Below the pieces are notes generated by a model. It saw nothing but the letters and a program-made list of their open reading frames with translations. It ran no database searches and was not told the DNA's origin. From a virus: DNA of 64,000 bases. Below are positions 40,158 through 50,348 of the stretch, piece by piece. A program made the translations under genes and the position numbers. The stretch's first letter is position 1, and the number at the start of each line of letters is the position of its first letter. The DNA lies in IMG/VR virus record IMGVR_UViG_3300033153_006243, positions 1-64,000 of that record; one strand, 5' to 3'.

Positions 40158-41597
40158 TTGCCAGAAGCAAAGAGAAAGTTAAAGAACATCCAGCCGGAGG
40201 AAATTTCCCTTGTGGACTTTCCGGCGAATATGATCCCGTTCTTCTTTATCAAGCAGGACGAAAGGCTTGAGAAGGCAGAAGCGTTGAGCCTTGCAATTGG
40301 ATCCGACGGAACCGCCGCCGGGACAGAGATTCAGGTCAACGGAAAGAAAATCAAGGATCTCAAAGAGTTTAGCTTTTCCTATTGGGTTCCTGATACTCCT
40401 ACTGCGGAGGTATCGGAGACAATGGGGGATCAGTTAGCTCCTATGATTACCGCAACTTGGGCGGTAAAAGGGGACAAAGCGGGGTTTAGGCATATCTACG
40501 GGATTAGCAAGGCGGAGATTGACGAGGCAAGGAAACTTTCGGGGGAATTGAACGACGCCGAGGAAATGAAGAAGGCATCGGCGCTTCTTGAGACCTATAG
40601 GGAGGACCTTCCATCCGATCTTGCCGGGGCGATGCAGTTCTTGATTAGTAAGGCCCGTGGACAGGGACAGGGAGTTGGGGGTCCGCGACAGGGGGATGGT
40701 GGCGCGGATAAGTGTGTATGCCCCGATTGCGGGGCGGAATACCCACATGATAGAGGAACGCCATGTAATGAACAGACCTGCCCGGAATGTGGTGCTACGT
40801 TAGTAGGCAAGGCCAAGGGGGGGCCAGTTCCTCCGCATACATCTCCAAAGGCCCCTGAAGATATGGCTTGGAGTAAGCCGAAGGATTCCGAGCTGAAGGA
40901 TTCCCATTACGCTTGGATTGACCCGGAATATGCAAGCGGGGAATCCGAAGATAAAAGTAAGCGGAAACTTCCTCACCACCTACCTGATGGCAGGGTGGTC
41001 TGGCGCGGGGTTGCTGCCGCTGCCCAAAGGCTTGACGGAACTGATATCCCCGAAGGTGATATGGCAGGGGTAAGGAAGCATCTTGAACGGCATTATACCC
41101 AATTTGATAAGACGCCTCCGTGGAAAGTTGAAAAAGGAGATGAAGAGATCGATACAACCGAAGTTTCTAAGGCGCGGGTAAAAATGCTAAAGGAACTCGA
41201 AGACTCCTTGGGAGCCGCATCGAAGATCATACGGGACCTAGCGGAATCCTTTAAGCCCGTCCAGAAGGACGAGGAGGGGGATACCGCCGGGGACGCCGCG
41301 GACGCTTCGGAGGGAACCGAGGATAAGACCGAGGACGCCGCTTCGGCGGGCGATAAGGATGGAACTACTGCGGTGGCTGAGCAGGGAACCCAGGCAGGCG
41401 ACGCTAAGGACGGCGATGCGAAGGCCGAGGGAGCCGAAGAGGCCAGCGGAGGGGCGGGGGAAGATAAGACCGAAGCCTCCGCATCATTGTATACTCCCGA
41501 ATTCGCCGAGACTATTGCTTCAACAGTAGGTACAGCGGTTTCGGAAAGTGTAGGTAGATTACTTGGTACTAATGACAAAGAAGGGAATTCAGAATGA
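40158..41597 (+). CDS. Multidomain scaffold / protease-associated head protein
   Basis: TTG start after AGGAGG; EISLVDFPAN, Cys-rich Zn domain, KLPHH...VWRGV domain, acidic low-complexity tail. Confidence 0.65.
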   Translation: MPEAKRKLKNIQPEEISLVDFPANMIPFFFIKQDERLEKAEALSLAIGSDGTAAGTEIQVNGKKIKDLKEFSFSYWVPDTPTAEVSETMGDQLAPMITATWAVKGDKAGFRHIYGISKAEIDEARKLSGELNDAEEMKKASALLETYREDLPSDLAGAMQFLISKARGQGQGVGGPRQGDGGADKCVCPDCGAEYPHDRGTPCNEQTCPECGATLVGKAKGGPVPPHTSPKAPEDMAWSKPKDSELKDSHYAWIDPEYASGESEDKSKRKLPHHLPDGRVVWRGVAAAAQRLDGTDIPEGDMAGVRKHLERHYTQFDKTPPWKVEKGDEEIDTTEVSKARVKMLKELEDSLGAASKIIRDLAESFKPVQKDEEGDTAGDAADASEGTEDKTEDAASAGDKDGTTAVAEQGTQAGDAKDGDAKAEGAEEASGGAGEDKTEASASLYTPEFAETIASTVGTAVSESVGRLLGTNDKEGNSE

Positions 41598-42724
41598 ACG
41601 AAATCGAATTCCAGAAGGCTTTGTCTGACGGGATTACTAAAGCGGTTGATGAGGCGCTTGCGCCTTTGAAGAAGACCGTCCGGAAATCCTCTGGTGCTAC
41701 TGAGGTTATTGAGGTAAATCGGGTTCGCCCCTTTTCCATTGCCAAGTATTTCCGTGGTGCATGGAAAGGGAACTGGACTGATGCCAACTTGGAGAAATCC
41801 GAGTACGTCAAGATGAATAAGGCTCTTGGCGGGGGCACTGGTGCAGGTGGCGGGTTCCTGGTTCCACCTGAGTATTCCAGCGAAATCATCGAGCTTGCGA
41901 GGGCACAAGCCGCCGTTCGCAATATGCCTGGTGTTCGCACCGTGAATATGAAAGGGGACCAACTCAATATCGTGGCACAGTCAGGCGCAGGCACGGCCTA
42001 CTGGGTAGGTGAGAATAAAGAGAAGACCTCTGCCGATGCTACGTTTGAGCAGAAGTCTCTCGTCCTGAAGAAATGCGCGGCCCTGACCTACGTCTCTAAT
42101 GAGCTTTTGGATGACGCAGATCCTGCGGTCGATGACATAATCAAGGGCGACCTTAGTATAGTTCTTAGTCTTGCTGAGGATATTGCGTTCCTTGAAGGCG
42201 CAGGGGGCGCGGCTCCAAGCGGGCTGTTTACTACGGCGAATGTAGGATCAACTACAGTAGCCGGACTCGTTAGCTATGACAATCTAATCGACGCGATTGA
42301 CGACATCGAAGGGAATAATGGCATACCTAACGGCTGGCTGATGCATCCGAGCGCGAAGAACAGCGTCCGTAAGCTCAAGGACGGCGAGGGCCGTTTCGTT
42401 TGGGATAGTGGCGACGTGACGAAGAAAGAGCCGCCTTCTCTATTTGGATTGCCTATAGGACTCTCGACTCAGATCTCTACGACCTGTAATGAGACGACCG
42501 GGGCGCTTGATGCTTCTGGTACGGATTACACCTATATCGTCCTTGGCGATTGGAGACAGTTCATGATCGGTCAGAAGGCTGGGGAGGCAATCGTAATTGA
42601 GGCTAATGCTCAAGATACGACCTCCTGGACTTATGACCAAACGTCCTTCAGAGCGGTTCTGAGGACGGATTGTCTAGTAAGACAGCCTACTCATTTCCAC
42701 ATTTTGAAGGCTGTCAACTTCTAA
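41594..42724 (+). CDS. Major capsid protein (HK97 fold)
   Basis: GGFLVPPE, AYWVGE, SNELLDD, LKDGEGR, GDW. Confidence 0.95.
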   Translation: MNEIEFQKALSDGITKAVDEALAPLKKTVRKSSGATEVIEVNRVRPFSIAKYFRGAWKGNWTDANLEKSEYVKMNKALGGGTGAGGGFLVPPEYSSEIIELARAQAAVRNMPGVRTVNMKGDQLNIVAQSGAGTAYWVGENKEKTSADATFEQKSLVLKKCAALTYVSNELLDDADPAVDDIIKGDLSIVLSLAEDIAFLEGAGGAAPSGLFTTANVGSTTVAGLVSYDNLIDAIDDIEGNNGIPNGWLMHPSAKNSVRKLKDGEGRFVWDSGDVTKKEPPSLFGLPIGLSTQISTTCNETTGALDASGTDYTYIVLGDWRQFMIGQKAGEAIVIEANAQDTTSWTYDQTSFRAVLRTDCLVRQPTHFHILKAVNF

Positions 42725-42741
42725 GAAAGGAGTGAGAACTG

Positions 42742-43146
42742 ATGAGTAAAGAAATCACCGAATATATTGATTTCCAGATTGGACTCGCTCCTCAGGACAT
42801 AGCTCACGATACGGCTACTGACTCTAGTACGTTCTTTGCAATAGCGAATTACGATAGATTCGCAGCCGTAGCCTCTTGCGAGGCGCTGGGAGCGGCTACG
42901 GACACACTGAAGGTACAGCTCTTGCAGGCAACCGATTCTTCGGGAACTAGCAAGACGACCGTCGGTGACGCGGGAACATATACCGGGGCAGTTTCCGGTC
43001 CCGCCGAGTGCAACGCACGGGGCGACGAGTTCACTTCTGGTTATGGATACGTCGGGGTTCGGGTTACTCCCGATCCCGATGACGACGCGGCCAAGATGTG
43101 CGCGGCATTCATAATGAGGGGTCGAGCTAAGGTCGAGCCCGTCTAA
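42742..43146 (+). CDS. Virion protein (capsid decoration-like)
   Basis: Directly after the MCP; beta-rich composition. Confidence 0.55.
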   Translation: MSKEITEYIDFQIGLAPQDIAHDTATDSSTFFAIANYDRFAAVASCEALGAATDTLKVQLLQATDSSGTSKTTVGDAGTYTGAVSGPAECNARGDEFTSGYGYVGVRVTPDPDDDAAKMCAAFIMRGRAKVEPV

Positions 43147-43155
43147 GTAACAACT

Positions 43156-43210
43156 AACGGGGAAGGGGGCTAGTAACCCCTTAAGGTGAAGTCCCCCCTT
43201 CCCCGTTTTA
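43156..43210 (+). terminator. Terminator-like hairpin
   Basis: AACGGGGAAGGGGG/CCCCCTTCCCCGTT followed by TT. Confidence 0.6.
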
Positions 43211-43288
43211 CTCATGCCTTAAATGGCTACTCGAACTCGATTCTGCTTTGTCGGGTTCCGGGGCAACCAATGAGAAAGGAAAAGCAAA

Positions 43289-43654
43289 TTGGCTCTCCCA
43301 TACCTACCGAAAGTCTACCGCTCTGAGGGCGGAGACCGGATCACAATATCGACCGGGGGTAACATTGTTTTCGGGGCGACGAGAACTACCGCTTCGGGGA
43401 ACATTACGCTTACCACCGCGTCGTCAATCATACAGACTATTGACCCCGCGTCTACGGCCCGAACTGTTACGCTTCCTGCCGAAGCGGATGCGGACGGATT
43501 CATCTATATGATCGCGAACGAGGCAAGCGATGCTACAGTTGTTACGATCAAGGATGATGGTGGATCAACGGTCTGCACACCCACGCAGAATGAGGCGGCC
43601 CTATGCTTCTGTGACGGGACGGCCTGGGTTGGTCTCGTCGGCGACTGGAGCTAA
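43289..43654 (+). CDS. Virion structural protein
   Basis: Thr-rich, TVTLPA motif, in the head module. Confidence 0.5.
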   Translation: MALPYLPKVYRSEGGDRITISTGGNIVFGATRTTASGNITLTTASSIIQTIDPASTARTVTLPAEADADGFIYMIANEASDATVVTIKDDGGSTVCTPTQNEAALCFCDGTAWVGLVGDWS

Positions 43655-43686
43655 CCTCCATACCTTTTTGAAAGGAGGTTAGTTCT

Positions 43687-44457
43687 ATGCAAAACTGGAA
43701 GCTAATGTCGCGGGCGGTCCCGTTTGGTGACTATATTCGCCTTGCGGGGTATAACCTGCACGTCCACGGTGAGTCCTCTGCCGTTGCGAATTCCTTTGAG
43801 GACCTATCGGCGAGGGGTGCCGATAACGACTATATTACGGGTACTTCCGGGGTTCAGCTCGTTTTTCGTTCCACTAGCGCCCAAGACGCGGCGGCGGGAA
43901 CGGGGGCGCGGACAGTTGCCCTTACCTACCTCGATGAGAATTGGGATAGGCAAATTGAAACCGTCACGTTAAGCGGAACTACTCCGGTTGCGACTACGGC
44001 AACCGATATCCTACGGGTATGCGAGTTAGAGGTAATGACCGTAGGAACTAATGGGAGTCCCGTGGGGACGATTATCCTTACCGAGGTAGGCGGCGTAACG
44101 AAGCGCTATCTAGTTCTCAGGCCGGGCGATAACCATAGTCGTTGCGGGTACTTCTACGTTCCGAGGGACACGGCCTACTTCATCACTGGAGTAAATGCGG
44201 GAACTACGTCTACGGATACCAACCTCATGCAGATTAGGCTCTATATGGAGCGACGGGAATCCGCTACGTCCGATCCTATCGAGGGGTTCTACAATCTCGT
44301 TTCATTCAAGTCGGCGAGTAAGGTGTTTGATTTAGATGCGCCGATTATGATCGGCGAGAAGTGTAGGGTCCGGGTTAAGGCGATTTCCGCAACGACCGGA
44401 GCGGGCTATTGTGAGCTACGAGGCTACTTCGCCCCGGCGCACCAGACCCCAACATAA
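43687..44457 (+). CDS. Virion structural protein
   Basis: STSAQDAAAGTGARTV motif, in the head module. Confidence 0.55.
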   Translation: MQNWKLMSRAVPFGDYIRLAGYNLHVHGESSAVANSFEDLSARGADNDYITGTSGVQLVFRSTSAQDAAAGTGARTVALTYLDENWDRQIETVTLSGTTPVATTATDILRVCELEVMTVGTNGSPVGTIILTEVGGVTKRYLVLRPGDNHSRCGYFYVPRDTAYFITGVNAGTTSTDTNLMQIRLYMERRESATSDPIEGFYNLVSFKSASKVFDLDAPIMIGEKCRVRVKAISATTGAGYCELRGYFAPAHQTPT

Positions 44458-44470
44458 ACGGAGGTGACTG

Positions 44471-45316
44471 GTGGCAGTAGGTACTTATGCGTTGACTACG
44501 CTGGATAACCTAAAGCTCCATCTCGAAATCTCCGCCTCCTCTGATGATTCGCTATTAGAGGATCTGATAGACAAGGCTACGGACATGATCGAGCGGGAAA
44601 CACACCGCTTGCTCATGTCCCGTAGTTACACGAAGGAGCAGTACAACGGGAATGGATGGGGTGATCTTATCCTCCGTCAATATCCCGTGACCGCCGTAGC
44701 TAGGCTAGCAATCGGGGAGGCTACGGCCCTGACTATTAAGGGGACTACGGCAAGCGTTACACAGGCGCTCGTCAACGTGACCTCTACGGCAGTAAACTGC
44801 ATCGAGGTAGCTTCAACGACGACGACGAACGAGATCGACTTCGCGACTTACGCGACGCTGGCGGATGTGAATACTGCGATCAACGCGCTTGCGAATTGGT
44901 CATCGACGGTGGTCTCGGCCTATTCCGGGTTTGTCTCTTCGGAACTTATTCAGCAGGGCGGGCTTAACGCGAGGAACGGGACGGCAGTATCTCTCCTGAT
45001 TCCCAACCGGGGGGAAAACAGTTTTGACGTAGACTGGGATAGGGGAATAATCTCCGTCGATTCCGGGTTCACGAAGGGGGAAAGGATCTGGATTGATTAC
45101 ACAGCGGGGTATTCGACTATTCCCGACGCGCTGGAGCAGGCATGTATTGACCTCGCCTCGTCGCTTTATCATAGCAGGGATAAGGATCTCGGCGTAGCGT
45201 CTGAGAAGATAGGTGACTATTCCTATTCCCGCGCATCAGGAGTAGGCAGCGTGGACATTCCCGATAGAGTGAAAAGGGCACTTGGGCCGTTTACGAAATA
45301 CACACCGTTCGGATAA
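44471..45316 (+). CDS. Head-tail connector (gp6-like)
   Basis: LTTL..LK.HL, YTAGY..IP.ALEQAC, SEKIGDYSYS. Confidence 0.85.
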   Translation: MAVGTYALTTLDNLKLHLEISASSDDSLLEDLIDKATDMIERETHRLLMSRSYTKEQYNGNGWGDLILRQYPVTAVARLAIGEATALTIKGTTASVTQALVNVTSTAVNCIEVASTTTTNEIDFATYATLADVNTAINALANWSSTVVSAYSGFVSSELIQQGGLNARNGTAVSLLIPNRGENSFDVDWDRGIISVDSGFTKGERIWIDYTAGYSTIPDALEQACIDLASSLYHSRDKDLGVASEKIGDYSYSRASGVGSVDIPDRVKRALGPFTKYTPFG

Positions 45317-45341
45317 GGGAATTTCTTATGGGGCACTCTAC

Positions 45342-46652
45342 ATGAAACAGCGGACTTCGGGCGTTACGAAAACCTTGGGGCGGCACAAGAATAGGCCGAG
45401 GAGACTGAGGGGGAAGAAATTCCACCTCTTCCTTCGTTCCCATCAGGCGGATGACTACTGGCCCCTGTATAGCGAATTGCTAAAAGAGGGGGCGATCCCG
45501 CAGTTTATCGAGATACAGCGGTCGCGTCCGGACGACGATGCGAACGCAGCGTTCCTCGCGAATAAAGGAATCCCGCTATTCAGTACGACGTGGGAGGAGC
45601 CGCAGGAGTTCTCGGCGAGTATGGTCCAGGAGAACTATAACGGTTTCGACATCGAGGGGATAACCAAGTTCGCCCGTTGGCGCTGGCGTAGAGGCGGAGC
45701 CAAGATGGACTATATCATCCTTGCCAGAACCAACTGGATTCTACACCGATACGAGAAGTTCTTTAAGGAGAATAGACCGGACTACATAGTGACCTGGGGG
45801 GATATGGCCCATGACTCCGCAGCGATCAAGGCGCTTGCGGACAAACTGAAAATCCCCCATTTGCTTTTCGAGGGGGGGTTCCTGCCGAACTCTATGTGCC
45901 TTGACGGCGGGGGGATGTATTACACGCCGGAAAGCGACTGGAATGGGATATGGGAAAACCAAAGCGAACCTACGGCGGACGAGAGGATACGAATTAAGAA
46001 GCTGATGGATCAGTGGCGGCAAAAGGATATGTCGAAATACAATAACAAGACCGCCTTTACCGAAATCGAAACGGGGGTAGATTGTAGGGCACTGGCCCCG
46101 AAGGGTAAGAAGATCATGCTTATCGTCTGCCAGACTACTGGGGATGCAACGATGTATTTCCCACGGGTCCTGGTGGATAACAAGCTCTCCCTGACGAATC
46201 TCGTTCTTCGGACGATGGCGGGGATGACGGACTGGCATATTTTGGTCAAGCCCCATCCCCATGAGCGGCACGACGACTTGGCTTTGATGGTTAATCCCTA
46301 CGAGGGCATCGACATTATCCCAAAGGCGTCGCCGCATTCCGCTTTGAGGGCGGCAGATATGGTTATTACGATTAACTCGACGATGGGATTCGAGGCGTTG
46401 GGGTACGGAATCCCGGTGATAACCTTTGGGGACAACTTCTATACGGGAAAGGGGCTGACATGGGATATAAGGCGGGCGGATAGGCGACTGAAGGAACAGC
46501 TTCGTACTGCAATAGATCAGGCGAAGCCGCCAGATATGAACGAAGTGTACTCCCTGTTTAATCTAGTCGCGTATAAGTTCCTATTCCTCTTCGGCTATAA
46601 CAACGGGAGGCTGATAGATGCAGCCAAAAGCGCTCGTCAACATTGTAGGTGA
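45342..46652 (+). CDS. Capsular polysaccharide biosynthesis KpsS/KpsC-like glycosyltransferase
   Basis: FEGGFLP, Q...D, VKPHP, TINSTMGFEAL..G.PV. Confidence 0.8.
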   Translation: MKQRTSGVTKTLGRHKNRPRRLRGKKFHLFLRSHQADDYWPLYSELLKEGAIPQFIEIQRSRPDDDANAAFLANKGIPLFSTTWEEPQEFSASMVQENYNGFDIEGITKFARWRWRRGGAKMDYIILARTNWILHRYEKFFKENRPDYIVTWGDMAHDSAAIKALADKLKIPHLLFEGGFLPNSMCLDGGGMYYTPESDWNGIWENQSEPTADERIRIKKLMDQWRQKDMSKYNNKTAFTEIETGVDCRALAPKGKKIMLIVCQTTGDATMYFPRVLVDNKLSLTNLVLRTMAGMTDWHILVKPHPHERHDDLALMVNPYEGIDIIPKASPHSALRAADMVITINSTMGFEALGYGIPVITFGDNFYTGKGLTWDIRRADRRLKEQLRTAIDQAKPPDMNEVYSLFNLVAYKFLFLFGYNNGRLIDAAKSARQHCR

Positions 46653-47586
46653 GACGATCAATGGGTGGATTTTCAGGGCAATGGCCGACGCCATCGCGAA
46701 ATCTGCGGAGAAGTTCGAGGTACGGATAACCGAGAAGCCCGTTTCCGATGCAGACCTATACCATTTCTTCCGCCCCCAAGAGATGAACATGCTCCTCTCC
46801 GGCGGATGGGAGGGAAGGGCAGTGACGACGCTTCACGGGTTCCTTCCGGGAGCTACGGACTTTAAGACGTGCGAGCTGGCCTATTCCCAGGCGGAAAGGG
46901 TTATCTGCGTCTCCTTGGGCTGTAGGAACTATCTAGTCGAAAATGGAATCCCTATGCACAAGACGGAAGTTATACACGCGGGGGTAGATCACGAGAAATT
47001 CAAGATGTTCTCCTGGCCAGCTAACCACTTTACGATTGGGGTCGTCGGTCGCCTATATCCCTTCCACGGGAGTATTGTAGACAATAAGGGGGGTAAGCTC
47101 GTCTTGGAGGTAACAAAAAGGCTAAAGAGTAGGCTTACCGACCTTATGCTCTTGATAGTCGGGGAGGCGTGGGGTCCCCTCTGTAATTCGCTTGCGAACC
47201 TTCCGGCACCCTTCGAGTTTTGGAACCGGGAATTGAACTGTAACTATGATCACTACCCCATGCTCTATAACCGAATGGACTGCCTACTTGTCGCGTCGAA
47301 GCACGAGGGAGCCCCCGTTCCCGCATACGAAGCGATGGCCTGCGGGAGGCCCGTCGTAGGTCCGAGGATAGGCACTCTCCCTGAAATTGTAGAGGATGAC
47401 AAAACCGGATACCTCGTTGACCGCGACCCGGAACAGATGGCGGACGCGCTACTGAAGATCGCTAAGGCACGGGGAAGATGGGCGAAGCGCAACTTCTCCT
47501 TCTGTCAGAATAAGGTTAAGGAATTCACGTGGGACAACTGGGGAAGGATGCATGAGGAAGTATATATGGAGGCCCTAGATGCCTGA
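46618..47586 (+). CDS. Glycosyltransferase family 4 (paralog of 33293)
   Basis: DLYHFFRPQ shared with 33293; SKHEGAP...EAMACGRPVV. Confidence 0.88.
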   Translation: MQPKALVNIVGETINGWIFRAMADAIAKSAEKFEVRITEKPVSDADLYHFFRPQEMNMLLSGGWEGRAVTTLHGFLPGATDFKTCELAYSQAERVICVSLGCRNYLVENGIPMHKTEVIHAGVDHEKFKMFSWPANHFTIGVVGRLYPFHGSIVDNKGGKLVLEVTKRLKSRLTDLMLLIVGEAWGPLCNSLANLPAPFEFWNRELNCNYDHYPMLYNRMDCLLVASKHEGAPVPAYEAMACGRPVVGPRIGTLPEIVEDDKTGYLVDRDPEQMADALLKIAKARGRWAKRNFSFCQNKVKEFTWDNWGRMHEEVYMEALDA

Positions 47587-47896
47587 CGATGTGAAGCAGT
47601 TTACCGAAAAGGATCTCGAAGATACGGCGTTCAAGGTATCGGTACTAACTCAGCTCGAAAGGCTTAAGCCCATCGAGGAGAAGCTGATAACCATGAACGG
47701 AAGATGCGCGGAGAGGCTAGAGATGATCCACGGTAATGAAATCTCCATGACCCAACTAGACGGGAAGGTTGATAGCCTGAACGATAATGTAAAGTTCTGG
47801 CGTAAGGTGGTATTCATCATACTAGGCTTCATCGGAACCCTATCCGCTGGGATTGGTGGCGTTCTCGCCTATATGAAAGCCGCCAACGGAGGCTAA
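47579..47896 (+). CDS. Coiled-coil membrane protein (holin-like)
   Basis: C-terminal TM helix. Confidence 0.4.
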   Translation: MPDDVKQFTEKDLEDTAFKVSVLTQLERLKPIEEKLITMNGRCAERLEMIHGNEISMTQLDGKVDSLNDNVKFWRKVVFIILGFIGTLSAGIGGVLAYMKAANGG

Positions 47897-47897
47897 G

Positions 47898-48224
47898 ATG
47901 ATTGGGCCGCTTTCTGACGTAGTGAACGTCTGGAGGAAAACCTATACGAGTGACGGAAAGGGAGGGCATACAGCAACCGAATCGTCCATTGGTCCCTATA
48001 GATGCAGAATCTATACCGAAAGGGGTTCCTATTTTCGCGGGGAAAGGGGACCGGAACCTGCGGGGACAATGAAGATCATTGGACCTACCGGGACGCTTCA
48101 GGACGGGGATAGGATTGAGCATAGCCCAAGCGGGACGAACTATATCCTACGGAAGGTACGGGACGTAATGGGTTCCATGAGTGCCCATCATATCGAGGGC
48201 GCAATCGAGGAATGGCAGGAATAA
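47898..48224 (+). CDS. Head closure / head-tail adaptor
   Basis: SDGKGG motif, size and position. Confidence 0.7.
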   Translation: MIGPLSDVVNVWRKTYTSDGKGGHTATESSIGPYRCRIYTERGSYFRGERGPEPAGTMKIIGPTGTLQDGDRIEHSPSGTNYILRKVRDVMGSMSAHHIEGAIEEWQE

Positions 48225-48628
48225 TGAAGACGGAATGGATAGTAGACTACAGCAAGCTTAAGGACTATATGGCCAACGTCAAGCATAAGGTGGAGAACGA
48301 GGGGGAGCGGGAACTAATGAAGCTTGCAGGGCCGATAGTTAAAAGGGCAAAGGAGCTTGCGCGTAAGGGTCCTACGAAGAATATGTCACAGACAACCCAT
48401 GCCGCATTTATGACAGGGGAGGGATTCGGGGGGCGGCAGAGTGCGGTATTGGGGTTACTTATAGGAACCCCGATGTATTACGCATACTTCCAAGAGATGG
48501 GGTTTACCCATTGGAAGTCGAGGGCGTGGATAAGGAACCAATTCCTTGCACCGGCAGTAAACCAGGGATTCCCCGCGTTTGTCGATGGGGTTAAGGGAAT
48601 GGTAAATAAATGGATAGCGTTCTTCTAA
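48212..48628 (+). CDS. HK97 gp10-like neck protein
   Basis: YAYFQEMG...FLAPA. Confidence 0.75.
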   Translation: MAGIMKTEWIVDYSKLKDYMANVKHKVENEGERELMKLAGPIVKRAKELARKGPTKNMSQTTHAAFMTGEGFGGRQSAVLGLLIGTPMYYAYFQEMGFTHWKSRAWIRNQFLAPAVNQGFPAFVDGVKGMVNKWIAFF

Positions 48629-48629
48629 A

Positions 48630-49058
48630 ATGGCAAGCCTGATTGAATATACGAATAATGCGATATACGCCGCGCTTGCGGCGGACTCCGCGCTGGAGAC
48701 GGCTATAGGCGTTTCAGGTAGAATCCAACGCGGATATCAGGGGGCCAAGATAACGGTCCCTGGGATTGTCTACCAGATCGACGGACAGCAGAAGCTATTG
48801 GCTGAGGTGACGGAGCCAAGGCGGGTAGACGTTCTTATATCCTGCTATCACGGCGTTGACTTGGGTTCGCCCTCAAGTTGCGCCTCAATAGCGGAGGCGG
48901 CCTTCGCCGTATTGAACGACAATGTGACACTGACCGCCACAGGATCCAAGATTTATTTTTCGGATTGTACGCCAATTCTAGGCGCTCCCATCTGGAGCGA
49001 ACCGGAAAGAGCATATCGACAGGACTTCCACGTTGAAGTCTACTTACGTGCCGACTAA
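48630..49058 (+). CDS. Tail terminator protein
   Basis: AIYAAL.AD..L motif and position. Confidence 0.65.
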   Translation: MASLIEYTNNAIYAALAADSALETAIGVSGRIQRGYQGAKITVPGIVYQIDGQQKLLAEVTEPRRVDVLISCYHGVDLGSPSSCASIAEAAFAVLNDNVTLTATGSKIYFSDCTPILGAPIWSEPERAYRQDFHVEVYLRAD

Positions 49059-49076
49059 CCAAAAGGAGATAAACAA

Positions 49077-49577
49077 GTGGCTGTTGATGATGATAATGTA
49101 ATCATTGGACCAATAAAAATCGAGTATTCGCTTGATGGAGATAATTGGACCGATGTAGGCATTACGAATGGTGGCTTCGAGATCCGTAAGGAAGAGGAGA
49201 TCGTCGAGACCCTAAGTGATCAGGGTATCGGCGTCCTCGACAAGAATCGAAGTCTTGTCCGCCAGTTCCTGAAGTTTACGATTAACGAGGTGCTAACGAC
49301 CTCCCTCGTCAAGTTAGCCTTCGGAATGGAATCCTCGCCTGATACGGCGATGGATTACGTCTCGTCGGTTCCGAAGAGATACTTCAGGGTAACTGGGAAG
49401 AGCGTGACGGGGACAATGAAGATATACACCAGCAAAGAATGTTGGGTTGGTGGAAATACCCCCACCCTCATGCTCGCGAGAGACGCGGCTGCCGGAATCG
49501 AAATCGAGGCCGAAGAGAAACCGACCATAGACGATACGACCGGAAAGACGACGTTCGGCGTCTGGAGTGATAGTTAA
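49077..49577 (+). CDS. Major tail tube protein
   Basis: DVGITNGG...DQ; precedes the chaperone and tape measure genes. Confidence 0.7.
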   Translation: MAVDDDNVIIGPIKIEYSLDGDNWTDVGITNGGFEIRKEEEIVETLSDQGIGVLDKNRSLVRQFLKFTINEVLTTSLVKLAFGMESSPDTAMDYVSSVPKRYFRVTGKSVTGTMKIYTSKECWVGGNTPTLMLARDAAAGIEIEAEEKPTIDDTTGKTTFGVWSDS

Positions 49578-49602
49578 ACCCTAATACATAGGGAGCAAGA
49601 GT

Positions 49603-50348
49603 ATGCCTGAAGAAGCGGGAACGGTTACGGTACAGTCTATCGTAGACGAGGGGAAGGTATCCCTCGATCCGATTGAACCTACGCCGAGATCGAGAACAGT
49701 GGAAATCGGGGGCAAAAAAATCGAGATTACCCCCGTCAAGGTAAGGAACTGGAGTGGATTTACCTCTGCGCTATCCTCCTTGGCGAAGCTGTTCGAGGCG
49801 AAGAGGGGGGAGATGTTTAAGGAGGAGGAGAAGTTTTCCGCTTCCCTTTTCCTGGATGCCCTCAGCGACTGCGGGGGGGATATCATTTCTATTCTCTCCG
49901 GTATGACGGGAATCGCAAAGGAGGACCTTGAGGATGCAGACTTGGCAGGAATGATCGGGCTAATCGATGCATGGCTTGAGGTGAACGATGCGGAGAGGGT
50001 GGCAGAACGTTTTTTCGCTCTATCGGGAAGGATCAGGGGAACGAGAAAGGCCCTACAAGAACTGTCGAAGAAGGTAGCGACTTCAGCCAGTTAATTGCGA
50101 TTTTTCTTCAGGCGTACTCTTATACCCTCGATGAGGTTATGGAGATGCCTGTGGTAACTTTCTTTCAGATGGTAAGCCACGGGATACGGACGAAGGGGGC
50201 TGACCTCGCTATCTATGCGAGAGCGACCCAACTTGCCGTCGGTAGCATACTAGGCGGTAAGAAAGGTCTCCAGGCGTTTGAGCAATATCTCGACATACTG
50301 CAAGGCAGGCGGGGGATTACGGTCGAGGAGGTTCTTAGGAGACTCTAG
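49603..50348 (+). CDS. Tail assembly chaperones G (49603-50094) and G-T via a -1 frameshift
   Basis: T TTT TTC at 50010-50016; the -1 frame is open into ORF 50139-50348. Confidence 0.8.

Noticed and set aside
41093-41962. Long minus-strand ORFs (also 30558-31328, 45741-46337, 52276-52881)
   Set aside because: Antisense shadows of well-supported + strand genes, with no recognisable motifs.
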